This document shows, one piece after another, positions 32,438 to 45,035 of a DNA stretch of 64,000 nt (within the stretch, counting starts at the first letter, position 1; every line of letters begins with the position of its first letter). The DNA is from an uncultured Methanoregulaceae archaeon (GTDB lineage Archaea > Halobacteriota > Methanomicrobia > Methanomicrobiales > Methanospirillaceae): NCBI GenBank assembly GCA_963841015.1, contig CAWJAX010000002.1, forward strand, positions 448,001 through 512,000, read 5' to 3'. The notes under the pieces are model-generated. The model was given only the letters and a program-made list of their open reading frames with translations, was not told the DNA's origin and ran no database searches. A program made the translations under genes and the position numbers.

Positions 32438-32605
32438 ATGGTATCGTTTAAGTGCAAGGATATCGGGATGGACTGCAAGTTCGAGACAACCGCAGCCAAT
32501 GTGCAGGATTTGGATGATAAGGTCGCCCAGCATGCCCGTGAGGTTCACAAAATCCCCTCACTGGATAAAGAGATGTGGATGAAGATTCACAAAGCAGAAA
32601 AGTAG
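32438..32605 (+). CDS. DUF1059 small metal-binding protein (not in the ORF track, 55 aa)
   Basis: MVSFKCKDIGMDCKFE...HAREVH; GGTGA SD. Confidence 0.85.
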   Translation: MVSFKCKDIGMDCKFETTAANVQDLDDKVAQHAREVHKIPSLDKEMWMKIHKAEK

Positions 32606-32707
32606 CTCCCCCTTTTTTGTACCTTATAAGGAACCGGTGTATCTTTTTAAGAATGAGATTCATCTGGGAGTGAGTAGTTACTATTGATCGATCGCAGGAG
32701 GGAATGG

Positions 32708-34480
32708 ATGGCGAAATGGAAATGCAGTGTATGCGGGTATATCTATGATGAAACAACCGGGGATCCCAAGGCAGGAATACTTGCGGGGACTACCTTTGAA
32801 AAGCTTCCTGATACATGGACATGCCCGGTCTGCGGGGCAGGAAAAGAGGCTTTCAGGAATGTGCCTACAGAAGATATCCATGCAAGGGCAGTCACGACAG
32901 TATCCGATGTGATGGTTGCGGAACTGGTTACCTGGGGAGTGAACGTTGTATTTGGTCTGCCCGGTACCTCCTCGCTTGGTCTCGTTGAGGCAATCCGGAA
33001 AAATCCCGGGATCCGGTATTTTGTCGTGCGGCATGAGGAGAATGCGGCTTTTGCTGCTTCTGCTTACAATAAACTGACCGGCGATATTGCTGGGTGTCTC
33101 ACGATTGCTGGTCCGGGTGCAACCAACCTTGCAACCGGACTCTACGATGCAAAGGAAGATCATGCTTCAGTCCTGTCATTGAACGGGCAGGTAGAAGCAC
33201 AGTATACCGGTCCGGGTGGTGTGCAGGAAATCGACCAGGACGAGTTCTTCCGCCCTATTACGGTATATAACAATACCATTTATGAAAAGAATCTGGCAGT
33301 CCTGTTGTTGACCCGGGCTCTCAGGTATGCGAAAATTGATCGGGGTGTTGCCCAGATCTCGGTCCCCAATGATATCCAGAAACAACCACTGGATGAACGG
33401 TTCTGTACCCGCGAGTCCTGCCTTTGCGGTCCTGATATCCTGCCATCTGATGACATGTTGAAAACCGCTGCAATGGCGATAAACAGCGCGAAAAAGGCGG
33501 TGATTCTCGCCGGCTGGGGTGCCTACCCGGATGGACAGAAGGTGCTTGCTCTTGCAGAGAAGATCAAGGCCCCCATACTTACGACGTTCCGTGCAAAAGG
33601 TATAATTCCCGAAGACAACCCGTGGGTGATCGGCATCCTTGGGAATGTGGGCTCACCCCACGCACGGATCCTGGTAAACGAGGCAGATCTTGTTATCACG
33701 CTTGGGGTAGGATTCTCAAAATATACCAATGTCCCCACAGAAAAATCCTTCGTACAGGTGGATATCGATCCGCTGAAACTCGGGAAAAACCGGCAGACTA
33801 TTGCACTCTGGGGAAACTGCAGTCTTGTGCTCCCAAAACTCCTCCCCCTGCTCACTGAACAGGAAGAGGTGGGGAGTAAACAACGCCTTGCGGCCCTGAA
33901 AAAAGAATGGGACCTGCAGCGCGATGCTGAAGCAGACAGCAGCGCCTCCCCATTAAGGCCTCCATTCATCATGAAGGTGCTGTCTGAGGTGATCCCAGCC
34001 GATGCGGCGATTTCGCTGGATGTCGGCGACAACCAGTGGTGGTTTGGCAGGAACTTCCGTATGAAACAGCAGCGGTTTGCGATGTCAGGCTATCTTGCGA
34101 CCATGGGGTTTGGCCTGCCGGGCGCAATCGCAGCAAAAATCGCGTATCCTGACAGAACGGTGTTTTGTATCACCGGCGATGGCGGTTTTTCCATGGCTAT
34201 GGCAGATTTCATCACCGCGGTGAAATATGATCTCCCGATAGTGGTGGTCATTCTGAATAACCACCAGCTTGGTATGATCCAGGTCGAGCAGATGATGGAA
34301 CATTACCCGAACTATGCGACCGACCTCCTCAACCCGGATTTTGCCCGGTACGCAGAAGTATGCGGCGCCAGAGGTATCCGTGTCAGTCGTCCGGAAGAAC
34401 TCAAACCCGCACTTATCACTGCGATGTCCCATAAACGCCCGGTAATTATTGATGTGGAGACCGATCCAAAACGGTTCTGA
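32708..34480 (+). CDS. Rubredoxin-fused TPP-dependent pyruvate oxidase/dehydrogenase-like enzyme
   Basis: N-terminal [11 protein letters not shown]...WTCPVCG; [17 protein letters not shown] motif GDGG...NN. Confidence 0.9.
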   Translation: MAKWKCSVCGYIYDETTGDPKAGILAGTTFEKLPDTWTCPVCGAGKEAFRNVPTEDIHARAVTTVSDVMVAELVTWGVNVVFGLPGTSSLGLVEAIRKNPGIRYFVVRHEENAAFAASAYNKLTGDIAGCLTIAGPGATNLATGLYDAKEDHASVLSLNGQVEAQYTGPGGVQEIDQDEFFRPITVYNNTIYEKNLAVLLLTRALRYAKIDRGVAQISVPNDIQKQPLDERFCTRESCLCGPDILPSDDMLKTAAMAINSAKKAVILAGWGAYPDGQKVLALAEKIKAPILTTFRAKGIIPEDNPWVIGILGNVGSPHARILVNEADLVITLGVGFSKYTNVPTEKSFVQVDIDPLKLGKNRQTIALWGNCSLVLPKLLPLLTEQEEVGSKQRLAALKKEWDLQRDAEADSSASPLRPPFIMKVLSEVIPADAAISLDVGDNQWWFGRNFRMKQQRFAMSGYLATMGFGLPGAIAAKIAYPDRTVFCITGDGGFSMAMADFITAVKYDLPIVVVILNNHQLGMIQVEQMMEHYPNYATDLLNPDFARYAEVCGARGIRVSRPEELKPALITAMSHKRPVIIDVETDPKRF

Positions 34481-34496
34481 TACGGTTTTTTTCCCA

Positions 34497-34580
34497 TCAA
34501 AAATGAGAAAAATCCCGGCTCTCTACACCAGAAAATAGAGTCGGGATCTTATGACCCGGCGGCATTTCGTGGTGCATCAT
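34497..34580 (-). CDS. Possible 27-aa peptide or gene remnant with its own promoter and terminator
   Basis: AGGTGA SD 7 nt before ATG; MMHHEMPPGHKIPTLFSGVESRDFSHF; internal hairpin followed by a T tract. Confidence 0.3.
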   Translation of the reverse strand: MMHHEMPPGHKIPTLFSGVESRDFSHF

Positions 34581-34636
34581 TGCATTCTCACCTTTTTGTC
34601 CGGACGGCCGGAAGAATAACCACTCTGGCAGTGGGG

Positions 34637-34686
34637 AAGATATGCTTATTTCCCGTTTTCAAACTTTGTGACATGGTTTGAAAATC
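34637..34686 (-). promoter_or_regulatory. Copy of the stress-island box plus TATA-like element
   Basis: Minus strand reads GATTTTCAAACC-ATGTCACAAAGT-TTG-N15-CATATCTT. Confidence 0.5.
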
Positions 34687-34696
34687 ATTTTTCTGT

Positions 34697-35824
34697 TCAC
34701 ACCGGCTTCGTTTCCGGAATGTCAGGTTCCAGTACCGGATAATCCGTGTATCCGCGTTCCTCTCCCGTGTAAAAAGCCGAAGGGTCCCCGGAATTGAGCG
34801 GTGCGTGCATGGCGAAACGATAGGGGAGATCCGGGTTGGCGAGGAAAAGAACCCCAAAGGATACAAGATCTGCCAGCCCGCTATCAATCACTTCATTGCC
34901 GCTGGCAGCGTCATATCCCCCGTTCAGCATAAGCGTCCCGTTGAATTTTGCACGGATGAGCGGGGCGATTATTGCTTCGGGAGCAGTTGCACCCAGCTTT
35001 CCGCCCACCGGTTCAATAAGGTGGATGTACCCGATGCCAATCCTGTTTAGTTCGGATGCGAGGCGGGAGAACGTTCCGGAAGGATCTGTATCAGACATTC
35101 CATGGAGGAAGAAATGCGGAGACATCCGGTATCCTACCCTCTGTGGTTCCGATTCACGAACAACTGCCCGTGCAACCTCAAGAGGGAACCGCATGCGGTT
35201 TTCCAGGTTTCCCCCATATTTATCGGTACGCTTGTTTGACCCATCCCGCAGGAACTGGTCAAGCAGGTAACCGTTTGCCCCGTGAATTTCCACGCCGTCA
35301 AATCCCGCTTCCTTTGCATTCTTCGCCCCCAGCCGGAACTGTTCTACGATTTCCGGGATCTCTTCGGTCAGCAGTGCCCGGGGCAGCGGAATTCTCTTTT
35401 TTCCCGTTGGTGTGTGAATTTCTTCGTTCACGGCAATCGCAGATGGTGCAACCGGCAGGTCACCGCCGAGATAATCCGGATGGGACATCCGCCCCACATG
35501 CCAGAGCTGGAGGAATATGGTCCCTCCTGCCTGGTGAACAGCAGCAGTAATCCCCTTCCATCCTGCCACCTGTGCCAGGGAATATATTCCGGGTGTACGG
35601 TTGAATCCCACACCCCGGGGGCTCACCTGGGAACCTTCCGTGATGATCAGACCCGCTGAGGCTCTTTGGGTATAATAGGTGACCGCGAGCGGACCCGGAA
35701 TATTGTCTTCCATCGCCCGGCAGCGGGTCATCGGTGCCATGACCATTCTGTTCCGGAGACGGGTGTCTCCCAGTTTGTAAGGAGATAACAGACTTGTCAG
35801 ATTCTTCACCTCATGCCGGGACAA
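34697..35824 (-). CDS. Old-yellow-enzyme family alkene reductase (NemA-like)
   Basis: MAPMTR.RA, QLWHVGR, GFDGVEIHGANGYLLDQF, GYTDYP. Confidence 0.93.
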   Translation of the reverse strand: MSRHEVKNLTSLLSPYKLGDTRLRNRMVMAPMTRCRAMEDNIPGPLAVTYYTQRASAGLIITEGSQVSPRGVGFNRTPGIYSLAQVAGWKGITAAVHQAGGTIFLQLWHVGRMSHPDYLGGDLPVAPSAIAVNEEIHTPTGKKRIPLPRALLTEEIPEIVEQFRLGAKNAKEAGFDGVEIHGANGYLLDQFLRDGSNKRTDKYGGNLENRMRFPLEVARAVVRESEPQRVGYRMSPHFFLHGMSDTDPSGTFSRLASELNRIGIGYIHLIEPVGGKLGATAPEAIIAPLIRAKFNGTLMLNGGYDAASGNEVIDSGLADLVSFGVLFLANPDLPYRFAMHAPLNSGDPSAFYTGEERGYTDYPVLEPDIPETKPV

Positions 35825-37321
35825 GTTTCCATATCTCTCCGGTTGCTGCTGCCGGATCAGGGCCGCTCTTCATGCTTGTCAGGACATAGAGTTCATGGTT
35901 TTCGTCTTCACCAAATCCCCTGACATAGACATTCATCCGACCGTTGGGATTGTTCATAATCCTGAACTCCTGCGTTGTCCACATCTGGTTGTCCTGCGGC
36001 GTGATATTGCTTACCGCGGGAGGATACCTGCTGATATCATAACCTGAAGGCGGGGTCGAGACCAGCAGGGTCCCATCTCCCCGGGCAAAAGCGGTGCTCC
36101 ATTCACCGAAAATGTAGTTCCCGACAAGGTCAGGTATAGCAGTGCCGCGATAAATATACCCGCCAACGATAGTATTGCCAACATCATGGCCGGTCTCGAT
36201 TATCGGCCCGATCAACGGTTCCCCCCGGGCTCCCGTGATCGGGCACGCACCGGCAGGAGGTTTTGAATTATCGGTAGTATTGAAACAATGCGTTCCCTCT
36301 CGGATATTCCAGCCGTAGTTCCCTCCCTTGTCAACGATGAAGACTGATTCGAACAGCGCCTGCCCGGCAGACGCCGTGATCAGGGTGTGGTTGCCGGCTG
36401 CATCGAACGAGGCATAGGCAGGGTTCCGGAGTCCCGTCGCAAAAATCTCCGGCACAATTCCTGCAGTTCCGACAAAAGGATTATCCGGAGGGATCGCGTA
36501 CTTCTTCCCCCGGTACCAGGTTTATCCACATCGATCCGCAGGATCTTGCCGAGGAGGTTTTTTGTGTCCTGAGCATTGCCGGTATCCGGAGTATGGCCGG
36601 TGCCGGTGTCGTCAGCGCCACCACCATCACCGAGAGCGAGGTAGAGGTAACCATCATCAGGCCCGAAGAGGAGCGGCCCCCCGTTGTGATTTGATTGCGG
36701 TTTGTCAACCGTCAGCAGGATCATTTCCGAGTTCATATCAACGGAATCGGGATTGCCTTCCATGACATGGAATTCAGAAAGCCGGTTGGTGCTGCTCCAG
36801 CCTGCGGGAGCCCCCGTCTGCAGCGGCGCAGAATAGTACACAAAAACGCGCCCGTTGTTCCGGTAATCCGGGTGGAACGCAAGGGAGAACAGGCCGCGTT
36901 CGTCATATCCTGTATTGAGGCGAACGAGGCGATCCCGGATATCAAGAAACGGTGCATCGAGGACTTTATTGTCAGGTGTAATGATCTTCACGATGCCGAT
37001 CTGGTCAACCAAAAACAAGCGTCCGCTGTTATCAGGAGGCACAGAAACCATCATTGGTGAGGAAAACCCCCCTGCCACCTTTTCAAGACGTATAAGCGGC
37101 TGAGGGGTGACAAGGGGAGTGTATGACGCACCATTCCTGAAGGTTGCTGCCTGTGGAGAATTCTGGTTGGTCAGGTCGGCAGCAGGTCCCGGAGCTGTGG
37201 TAGCCGAAATAATCGTTGGTGTACTAAAAGAAGGCCCGTTTCCCGGGTTTCCGATACATGCAGATGCGAGACTAAATGCTACGATAATCGAAAGAAAGAC
37301 AGGTATCCAGACTTTTTTCAT
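35811..37321 (-). CDS. PQQ-dependent glucose/sorbosone-dehydrogenase-family lipoprotein (frameshift at C5 run 36507-36511)
   Basis: Lipobox LASAC; ERGL.SLAFHPDY, HNGG.L.FGPD.GYLY..GDGG, GKILRIDVD; then IFATGLRNP, GGNYGW in the next frame. Confidence 0.88.
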
Positions 37322-37443
37322 GCACGTCCGTAAGGAAAATTGATCGCTTAATAATTTTGGTAACTTTCAGATTTTAGAATGATGGAAATCCGGATTTATG
37401 AGTCATTTTTTTAGCATTCATCACCAAAAAATGGTGTTTGTCG

Positions 37444-37481
37444 ATGTTTCAAAAATTGTAAAGAGAGGAAGGCATTAATAA
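37444..37481 (+). promoter_or_regulatory. kaiC promoter with a half-site of the stress-island box
   Basis: ATGTTTCAAAAA-TTG-N15-ATTAATAA (37474). Confidence 0.5.
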
Positions 37482-37560
37482 AAGTCAGATAAGTCTCTTA
37501 TTATTCTTACGGTGAATTTAACGTATAGTACAAGGCATTGTCGTAACAGGAGGTTGATGA

Positions 37561-39316
37561 ATGAAACAAAACGGTGGGAACAAGAGGGGAATCAAAACAA
37601 CGGATACGCGTGAACTGGCAAAAGTGCCTTCGGGAATAAAAGGCCTTGACGTCATAACCGGTGGGGGGCTCCCGAAGGGAAGACCGGCACTCGTAAGCGG
37701 TGGACCGGGGTGTGGGAAAACACTTTTTGCGATGGAGTTCATCATCAGGGGGATCACTGACTATAATGAGCCTGGAGTTTTCGTTGCATTTGAAGAGAAG
37801 ATCGATGATTTAAAAAAGAATTTCAAATCGCTGGGATTTGATCTTGATGATCTTCCCGGACAGAAAAAACTGGTTCTCGATCACATTTTCATCGACAGGA
37901 CCGAGATTGAAGAGACCGGCGAGTACGATCTCGAAGGGTTATTTATCCGCCTTGGCGCGATGATCGACGAAGTCGGGGCAAAACGTATAGCCATTGACAC
38001 ACTTGAGGCAATCTTTTCAGGTTTCTGTAACGAGGCAATCCTGCGTTCAGAGTTGCGCAGGCTTTTCCTGTGGTTAAAGGACAAGGGGATCACAGCAGTC
38101 GTCACCGGCGAACGCGGAGACCGGACTATCACCAAATACGGGCTCGAAGAATACGTTGCAGACTGTGTCATCACCCTTGACCACCGGATTACAAACCAGA
38201 TTGCGACACGGCGTTTACGGATCATCAAGTACCGCGGCAGTGTCCACGGGACTGACGAGTACCCGTTCCTGATCAGCCAGGACGGGATCTCCGTACTGCC
38301 GATCACTTCCCTGTCGCTCTCTCACACGGCGACAACAGAGCGAATCGGATCCGGTATTCCCAGGCTCGATACGATGCTTGGGGGGATGGGCTATTACCGG
38401 GGTAGTTCTGTTCTCGTCTCCGGGCAGGCAGGAACGGGAAAGACCAGTATTGCTGCAACCTTTGCCGATGCAGCGTGCAGGCGCGGCGAGAAGTGCCTCT
38501 TTATGGTCTTCGAGGAGTCCGAGAGCCAGCTTACGAGGAATATGCGATCAATAGGACTCAACCTCGGACAATGGGTAAAAAAAGGACTTCTGAAGTTCCA
38601 TGCAGTCCGCCCGACTGCTTACAGCCTCGAGATGCACCTCTCGATGATGATCAAGTTCATCGAAGAGTACGAGCCGCAGGTAGTCGTCGTCGACCCCATC
38701 TCAAACCTTTACCCGGTTGGCGATGATATCCAGGTACGTTCGATGCTGATGAGACTCATCGATTATGCCAAGTCCAGCCAGATCACCGGCATGTTCACCA
38801 ACCTCTCGGCCGATGAAGTCTCGAATGCCTATGCTCTCGAAGCTTACCCACCTGCATGTCTCCTCGCTGATGGACACCTGGATGATCCTGAAACATATTG
38901 AGGGAAACGGTGAGAGGAACCGGGTTTTCTCCATCGTAAAGGCCCGTGGCATTGCACACTCGAACCAGCTCCGTGAGTTCATCCTGACTTCACAGGGAAT
39001 CCAGCTCCTCGACCTGTACAAAGGAAGCGCAGGAGTGTTTTTCGGCTCTGCCCGGGTTGCGCAGGAGAACCGCGAAGCTGCCAGTCGGGTCATCAGGAAT
39101 GAGGAGATCGAGCGGAAGCAGCGTGAACTCGATCGGAAGAAGCGGATCATGGAGAACGAGATCGCGATGCTCAAAGAGAAGTTTGCCCGGGACGAGGACG
39201 AGATCCGAATCCTGATTGAGCAGGATCTCTCCCGGGAAAAATCTGTCGAACAGGGCCAGAAAGATCTGGCAGTGCTGCGAAAAGCTGAGAAGCGTGGGAG
39301 TAATCGAGGTGAATGA
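37561..39316 (+). CDS. kaiC: Double-domain KaiC ATPase with C-terminal coiled coil (frameshift near 38840)
   Basis: Two Walker A motifs ([16 protein letters not shown]), FEE pairs, KYRGS and KARG..HS; phosphosite region HVSSLMDTW in the downstream frame. Confidence 0.93.
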
Positions 39317-39651
39317 TGCCCGTGAAGAAAAGCATTGCCGAAGTATCCTGCGAACCCGGGCCGGAACCTACGGGTGAAATGTGGGAATTGCGGTTGTACG
39401 TTGCGGGCCAGACCCCCAACTCCCTGACCGCGTTTGAGAACTTAAAGAACATCTGCCAGGAACATCTTGAAGGGCGGTACAGGATCGAGGTCATCGATCT
39501 CGTTGCCAACCCTCAGCTTGCAAAAGGGGATCAGATCATCGCCGTGCCGACCCTCATACGGAAGCTCCCGACACCGGTAAAAAAGATAATCGGAAACCTC
39601 TCGAATACCGAGAAAGTACTTGTGGGGCTCGACCTGCGGAAGGTAACCTAA
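39313..39651 (+). CDS. kaiB: KaiB
   Basis: [23 protein letters not shown]...[22 protein letters not shown]. Confidence 0.95.
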   Translation: MMPVKKSIAEVSCEPGPEPTGEMWELRLYVAGQTPNSLTAFENLKNICQEHLEGRYRIEVIDLVANPQLAKGDQIIAVPTLIRKLPTPVKKIIGNLSNTEKVLVGLDLRKVT

Positions 39652-39652
39652 G

Positions 39653-40015
39653 ATGACAAACCCAAAAGGCGCGAAAGGGAAGAAAATTACCGGTGATGTG
39701 ACCCGGGAATACGAACATGCTCTTGAGCAGAAAAAGACCGAATACTACGTCCTGCGCCTCTACGTTGCCGGTAACAACTTCCGATCCCGGATGGCAGTTG
39801 AGAACGTGAAAAAGATCTGCGAGGAGTACCTTAAAGGAAGGTACGAACTTGAAGTGGTTGACATCTACCAGGACCAGACAAAGAACCCGGTCGATCTCGT
39901 ACTTGCAGCCCCGACTCTGGTCAAGAAGCTCCCGCTCCCCTTACGAAAAGTCATCGGGGATATGACCCGGAAGGATAAGGTGCTCGTCGGGCTCGATCTT
40001 GTATCCCGTCAATGA
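39653..40015 (+). CDS. kaiB: Second KaiB-family protein
   Basis: YVLRLYVAG...RS..A, LEVVDIYQ, AAPTLVKKLPLPLRK.IGDM. Confidence 0.92.
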   Translation: MTNPKGAKGKKITGDVTREYEHALEQKKTEYYVLRLYVAGNNFRSRMAVENVKKICEEYLKGRYELEVVDIYQDQTKNPVDLVLAAPTLVKKLPLPLRKVIGDMTRKDKVLVGLDLVSRQ

Positions 40016-40024
40016 GGGATTCCC

Positions 40025-43000
40025 ATGACAAAAGTCAATGCCGGAGGAAAAAATACGAAACCCAGGCGTCCTGACCCTGGCAGAGAAATTGAGGAACTGC
40101 GTGACAAGGTCCGCGAGCTCGAAGAGACACTCGATGCGATCCGTTCCGGAGAAGTCGACGCTATCATTGTCGCACAAGGTGATGCACAGCAGATCTACAC
40201 ACTCGAGGGTGCCGATCATCCGTACCAGATCCTCGTGGAAAATATCCAGGAAGGGGTACTCACCCTTTCCCGTACCGGAATGATCCTCTATACCAACACG
40301 CGGTTCGCCGAAATGGTGAAACTGCCCATGAAAGAGCTGCCCGGCACCTCACTCCTCGATTATATCTATCCCGAGTATTGTCTTGTGATCGACGATGCTT
40401 TGACAGCAATCCAGACCAGGGATTTCAAGGGACGGGCTCGTATCCGGCATGGCTCCACATCTCTCCCCGTTTTCATCACTATGGCTTCTCTCTCCCATGA
40501 TGAGAACACAACGATCAGTGTTGTGATAACTGACCGCAGTTTTGATGAGGAGCAAATCCTTTTCCAGGCACAAATGCTCAATGCTGTGGGTGATGCTGTT
40601 GTAGCGATCGATGCAGACGGGAAGATAATCTTCTGGAACGATGCTGCAACAAAAATCTATGGCTGGAAACCGGCTGAGGTCATGGGACGCGATCTTGTGG
40701 ATGTTACCCTTCCGGAACTCTCAAAGAAAGAGACACGGGAAATCGGGAAACACCTTGAGGAAGGGGAGGTCTGGTCCGGGGAGTATATCGTAAGGCACCG
40801 CGACGGCCATCCGTTTTCTATCTATGCCAGTGCCGCCCCGGTTTTCGATACAGACAAGAATCTCATTGCAGTTATCGGTGCGAGTCATGACATCACGGAG
40901 AAGAAGAAGACAGAGGAAATCCTGAAGGAAAGTGAGGAACGATATCGCACCGTTGCTGATTTCACGCTTGATTGGGAATTCTGGATCGATCCTGATGGTA
41001 ATTATAAATACATCTCTCCTTCGGTAGAGCGGATTTTAGGGAGACCATTCAATCAGGTACTTTCAGCTGAAGAGACTCCTTCGTGCATGTATGCATCCGG
41101 AGGATCTTGAAAACCGGCTTACCCACCTGATTCAGGAACAGGCAGGTCAGGAATCCTTTGAGTCGGAGTTCAGGATCGTGCGCCCGGAGGGGGAAATCCG
41201 ATGGATCCATCATGTGTGTCAGCCGATTTGGAACAAGGAAGGAAAATTTCTCGGTACGCGGGGTTCGAACCGTGATATTACTGATCGCAAGCTGGCAGAG
41301 GAAGCTCTGAAAGAGAGCGAAGAACGATACCGGCATCTTGTGATGTATGCACCAACCGCTATCTATGAAATTTCTGCCGATGGTCTCCGGTTCCGGCGGG
41401 TCAATGAAACCATGTGCCGTATTCTGGGATATACCCAGCAAGAGTTGCTGGAGATGAATCCCTTTGACATTCTCGATGAGGAGTGTAAGATCCGGTTCCG
41501 GGATCGGATCGGAAAGCGGTTGGCAGGTGAGGATATTGATGAGTCGGTTGCATACAGGATAGTTGGAAGGGATGGGCGCGAGATATGGGCTACACTCAAC
41601 CTTCGACTGAATGATGATGGGAAAGGCACCCTTGTCGTTGCGCACGATGTCACGGAACGGAAGATAGCGGAAGAAAAAGTACATAAAGCTTTCGAGCTAA
41701 CGTCAACAATTCTTGACTCTATACAAGGCAGTTTCATCGCGCTGGATAAAAACTGGCAATTTACCTACATAAATCAGCGGGCTGCAATTCCGAATATTAT
41801 TCCGGAAGAAATTATCGGGAAATCCCTTTGGGAAGTATACCCGGAAATTGTCGGGACCCCTCTTGAAACTGTATATCGTGAGGTGATGGCCAGCAGGAAA
41901 CCACGAATATACGAGAACAAGAGTGTTATCGCATCCGGAAGATACTTCGAATTACATGTGTATCCCATTGGCGAGCGTGGCCTGGCCATATTCGGGCAGG
42001 ATATCACCGACCGCAAGAAGATAGAAATGGCTCTTCACGAAGCACAGAAGAGGACCACTGCTATTCTGGAAGGCATTGCAGACACGTTCTATTCCCTGGA
42101 TTCACAGTGGAAGTTCGTTACGGTAAACCCGGCAGCTGAGAAAGCTCCCTTTGGCCGGCCTGCATCTGAACTGCTTGGCAGGGTGATATGGGATCTCTAT
42201 CCGGCCCTTGTGGGCACACAAATCCACCAGCATTACCTCAATGCTGCAACGAAGCATTCTCTTGAACACTACGAGGCAAAGTCACCGCTGAACGGATGTT
42301 GGTATGAAGTATTCATGCAGGGACAGGTTGAAGGGGTCGATGTCTATATGCGCGATATTTCCGTGCGCAAACAGGTAGAAGAGGAGCTGTTTCAGAGTGA
42401 GAAGAGATACAAAGAGCTTGTTGAGAATGCAAACAGTATAATAATAAAAATGGATAATGAAGGTAAAATCTCCTTCTTCAATGATTACGCACAGAATTTC
42501 TTTGGTTATTCCCCTGATGAGATCCTTGGAAAGAATGTGAACATACTTGTTCCTTTGACAGAGAGCACCACAGGACGAAGTCTGGAAACAATGGTTCACG
42601 CTGTTCTCAAAGATCCTGACAATTTCGCTGAAAACATAAACGAAAATGTAAAAAAGAACGGAGATCGTGTCTGGATCTCCTGGAGAAATAGTGCTATCAG
42701 GGATTCTTTAGGAAATATCACGGGGAATCTTGCATTTGGACAGGATATCACTGTACGCAGGAAGGCTGAGGACGCTTTGCGGGAGAGCGAAGAGCGGTTC
42801 CGGCTGGCTCTGAAGAATGCACCAGTGTCAGTTGCGATTCAGGACAAGGATCTGGTTTTCCAGTGGGCGTACAATCAGCGTACGATTCGACCGGAAGAGA
42901 TCAAAGGGAAGAAAGACATCGATCTCTTTATACCGGAAGATGCAGCACGGCTGGTCGAACTGAAACGCAGGTGTCTGGAGACGGGGAAGATAGTCCGGGA

Positions 43001-45030
43001 AAAAATCTGGCTGACTATGAATGGCAAACAAATGTTCCTGGACCTGTATCTGGAACCCCTCCGTGACGAAAATGGTCTGATAACCGGAGTCGGGATCGCC
43101 ACCGTAGATCTTACTGAACAAAAACTCAAAGAAGATGCATTGCGGTACAGCGAGGAGAATCTTTTACAGGCTCAGGAGTTGCTGGAGGCCGTAACGAAAG
43201 GGACAGACGTTATCATTGCAGTCCAGGACAAGAATTTCCGCTATATCTTTTTCAACCAGGCTTATAAGGAAGTGATTAAGCGCCTTACGGGTGAAGACCT
43301 CGCAATCGGCACCAGCATGATTGAGCTGTTTTCCGGTTTACCCGAAGAGCAGAACAGGGAGATAAAGGAATGGAGTAAGGTCCTGGCGGGTGAGCAGGTG
43401 AACGAGACGATAACATTTGGCGATCCGGGCAGTCACCGAAGAATCTATCATGTGCTTCATACCCCCCTCCGGGATGCCCAGGGAACTATCATCGCTGCCG
43501 GGGAAGTTGCTTTTGATATTACCCGGCAGGCTCAGGTGGAAGAAGCATTGCGGGAAACAAAGGAATATCTTGACAATCTCATTACCTATGCCAATGCTCC
43601 GATAATTGTCTGGGACCCGCAATTTCGTATAACCCTTTTCAACCATGCATTTGAACATCTGACCGGGCAGGAAGTCTAAGGATGTTATCGGAAAACCGCT
43701 GGAAATTCTCCTTCCTGAGAACTATCTTGCTCCTGCAATGGATCTCATACGAAAAACCATGGAAGGGGAGAGATGGGAAAGCGTGGAAATACCTATTCTC
43801 CACAAGAAGGGCGGAGTCAGGACAGTTCTCTGGAGCTCGGCCTCTATATTTGGATCTGACGGGAAAACCATTATTTCAACTATTGCGCAGGGACAGGATA
43901 TAACCGACCGGAAAAAGATAGAGTCCGAGTACAGACACAGGGCTAAAGAATATGCAAGAATGAATGTAGCCCTCGAAGAAGAGGTCAGGCAGCGAAAGAT
44001 ATCGGATAGTACGCTTAAAAATACCTTATCGCTCCTCAATGCATCCCTTGAATCTACGGCTGATGGCATTCTTGTGGTTGACCAGCAGGGAAAGATTACC
44101 AGTTTCAATAAAAATTTTATGAATATGTGGAATATCCCCCAAGAAGTCCTGGAATCTGATGATAGCCAGACGGTAATAAATCATGTTTTGCCACAACTGA
44201 AAAATCCTGAAGGATATGTAACAAGCATCCGGAAGCTCGAGGTCCACCCGGGACGCGAGAGCTTTGACATGATTGAATTTAAAGACGGGAAAATCTTTGA
44301 ACGCTATTCGAAACCCCAGAAAATCGGAGAGTCGGTGGTGGGCAGGGTCTGGAGTTTCCGGGATATAACTGATCGCAAGCATGCAGAAGAAAACCTTCTT
44401 GCATCCGTTCATGAAAAGGAAGTACTGCTTCGCGAGATCCATCACCGGGTTAAGAACAATCTCCAGCTCATATCCGGCCTGCTTGACATGACCAGGATTC
44501 GGACGGTTGATGAATCAACGAATACCATCCTGACCGATCTGATGCTCAAAATCCAGACCATGGCGCAGATCCATACCCGGCTGTACGAGAGCAAACAGTT
44601 CGGAAAAATCAGTTTAACCGGTCAGATCCGGGACCAGGTAGCCGCGTTATCAAACATTTATTCCCATAAGGGACACGAGATCACCTGCGAAATGGATGCT
44701 CAGGAAATATTTCTCCCGGTCGACCAGGCGATTCCCTGTGCGCTGGTCGTGAATGAGATCCTTTCAAACGCGTACAAACATGCCTTCAAAGGGCGGAAAC
44801 ACGGTACTATTGAGATATCCGCAGTACAGGAGAACGGACAGATTCGGATCACGGTCAGGGATGACGGCATCGGGATACCGGGCAATTTTGATATCAGCCG
44901 TACCAACAGTCTCGGGCTCAAACTGATCAGGACACTGGTGCAGTCCCAGCTGAAGGGATCACTTATGTTTATGAGCCAGAATGGCACTGAAGTTACTATG
45001 GAATTTCCGGTGATTACCGGGGGGGCTTAA
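40025..45030 (+). CDS. Cytoplasmic multi-PAS (about 11) HisKA_2-type histidine kinase; three ORFs joined by two single-base frameshifts (near 41072 and 43665)
   Basis: Both breaks fall inside PAS domains and repair with a one-base deletion; LLREIHHRVKNNLQ, NEILSNAYKHAF, DDGIG, SLGLKL. Confidence 0.9.
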
Positions 45031-45035
45031 ACTCT

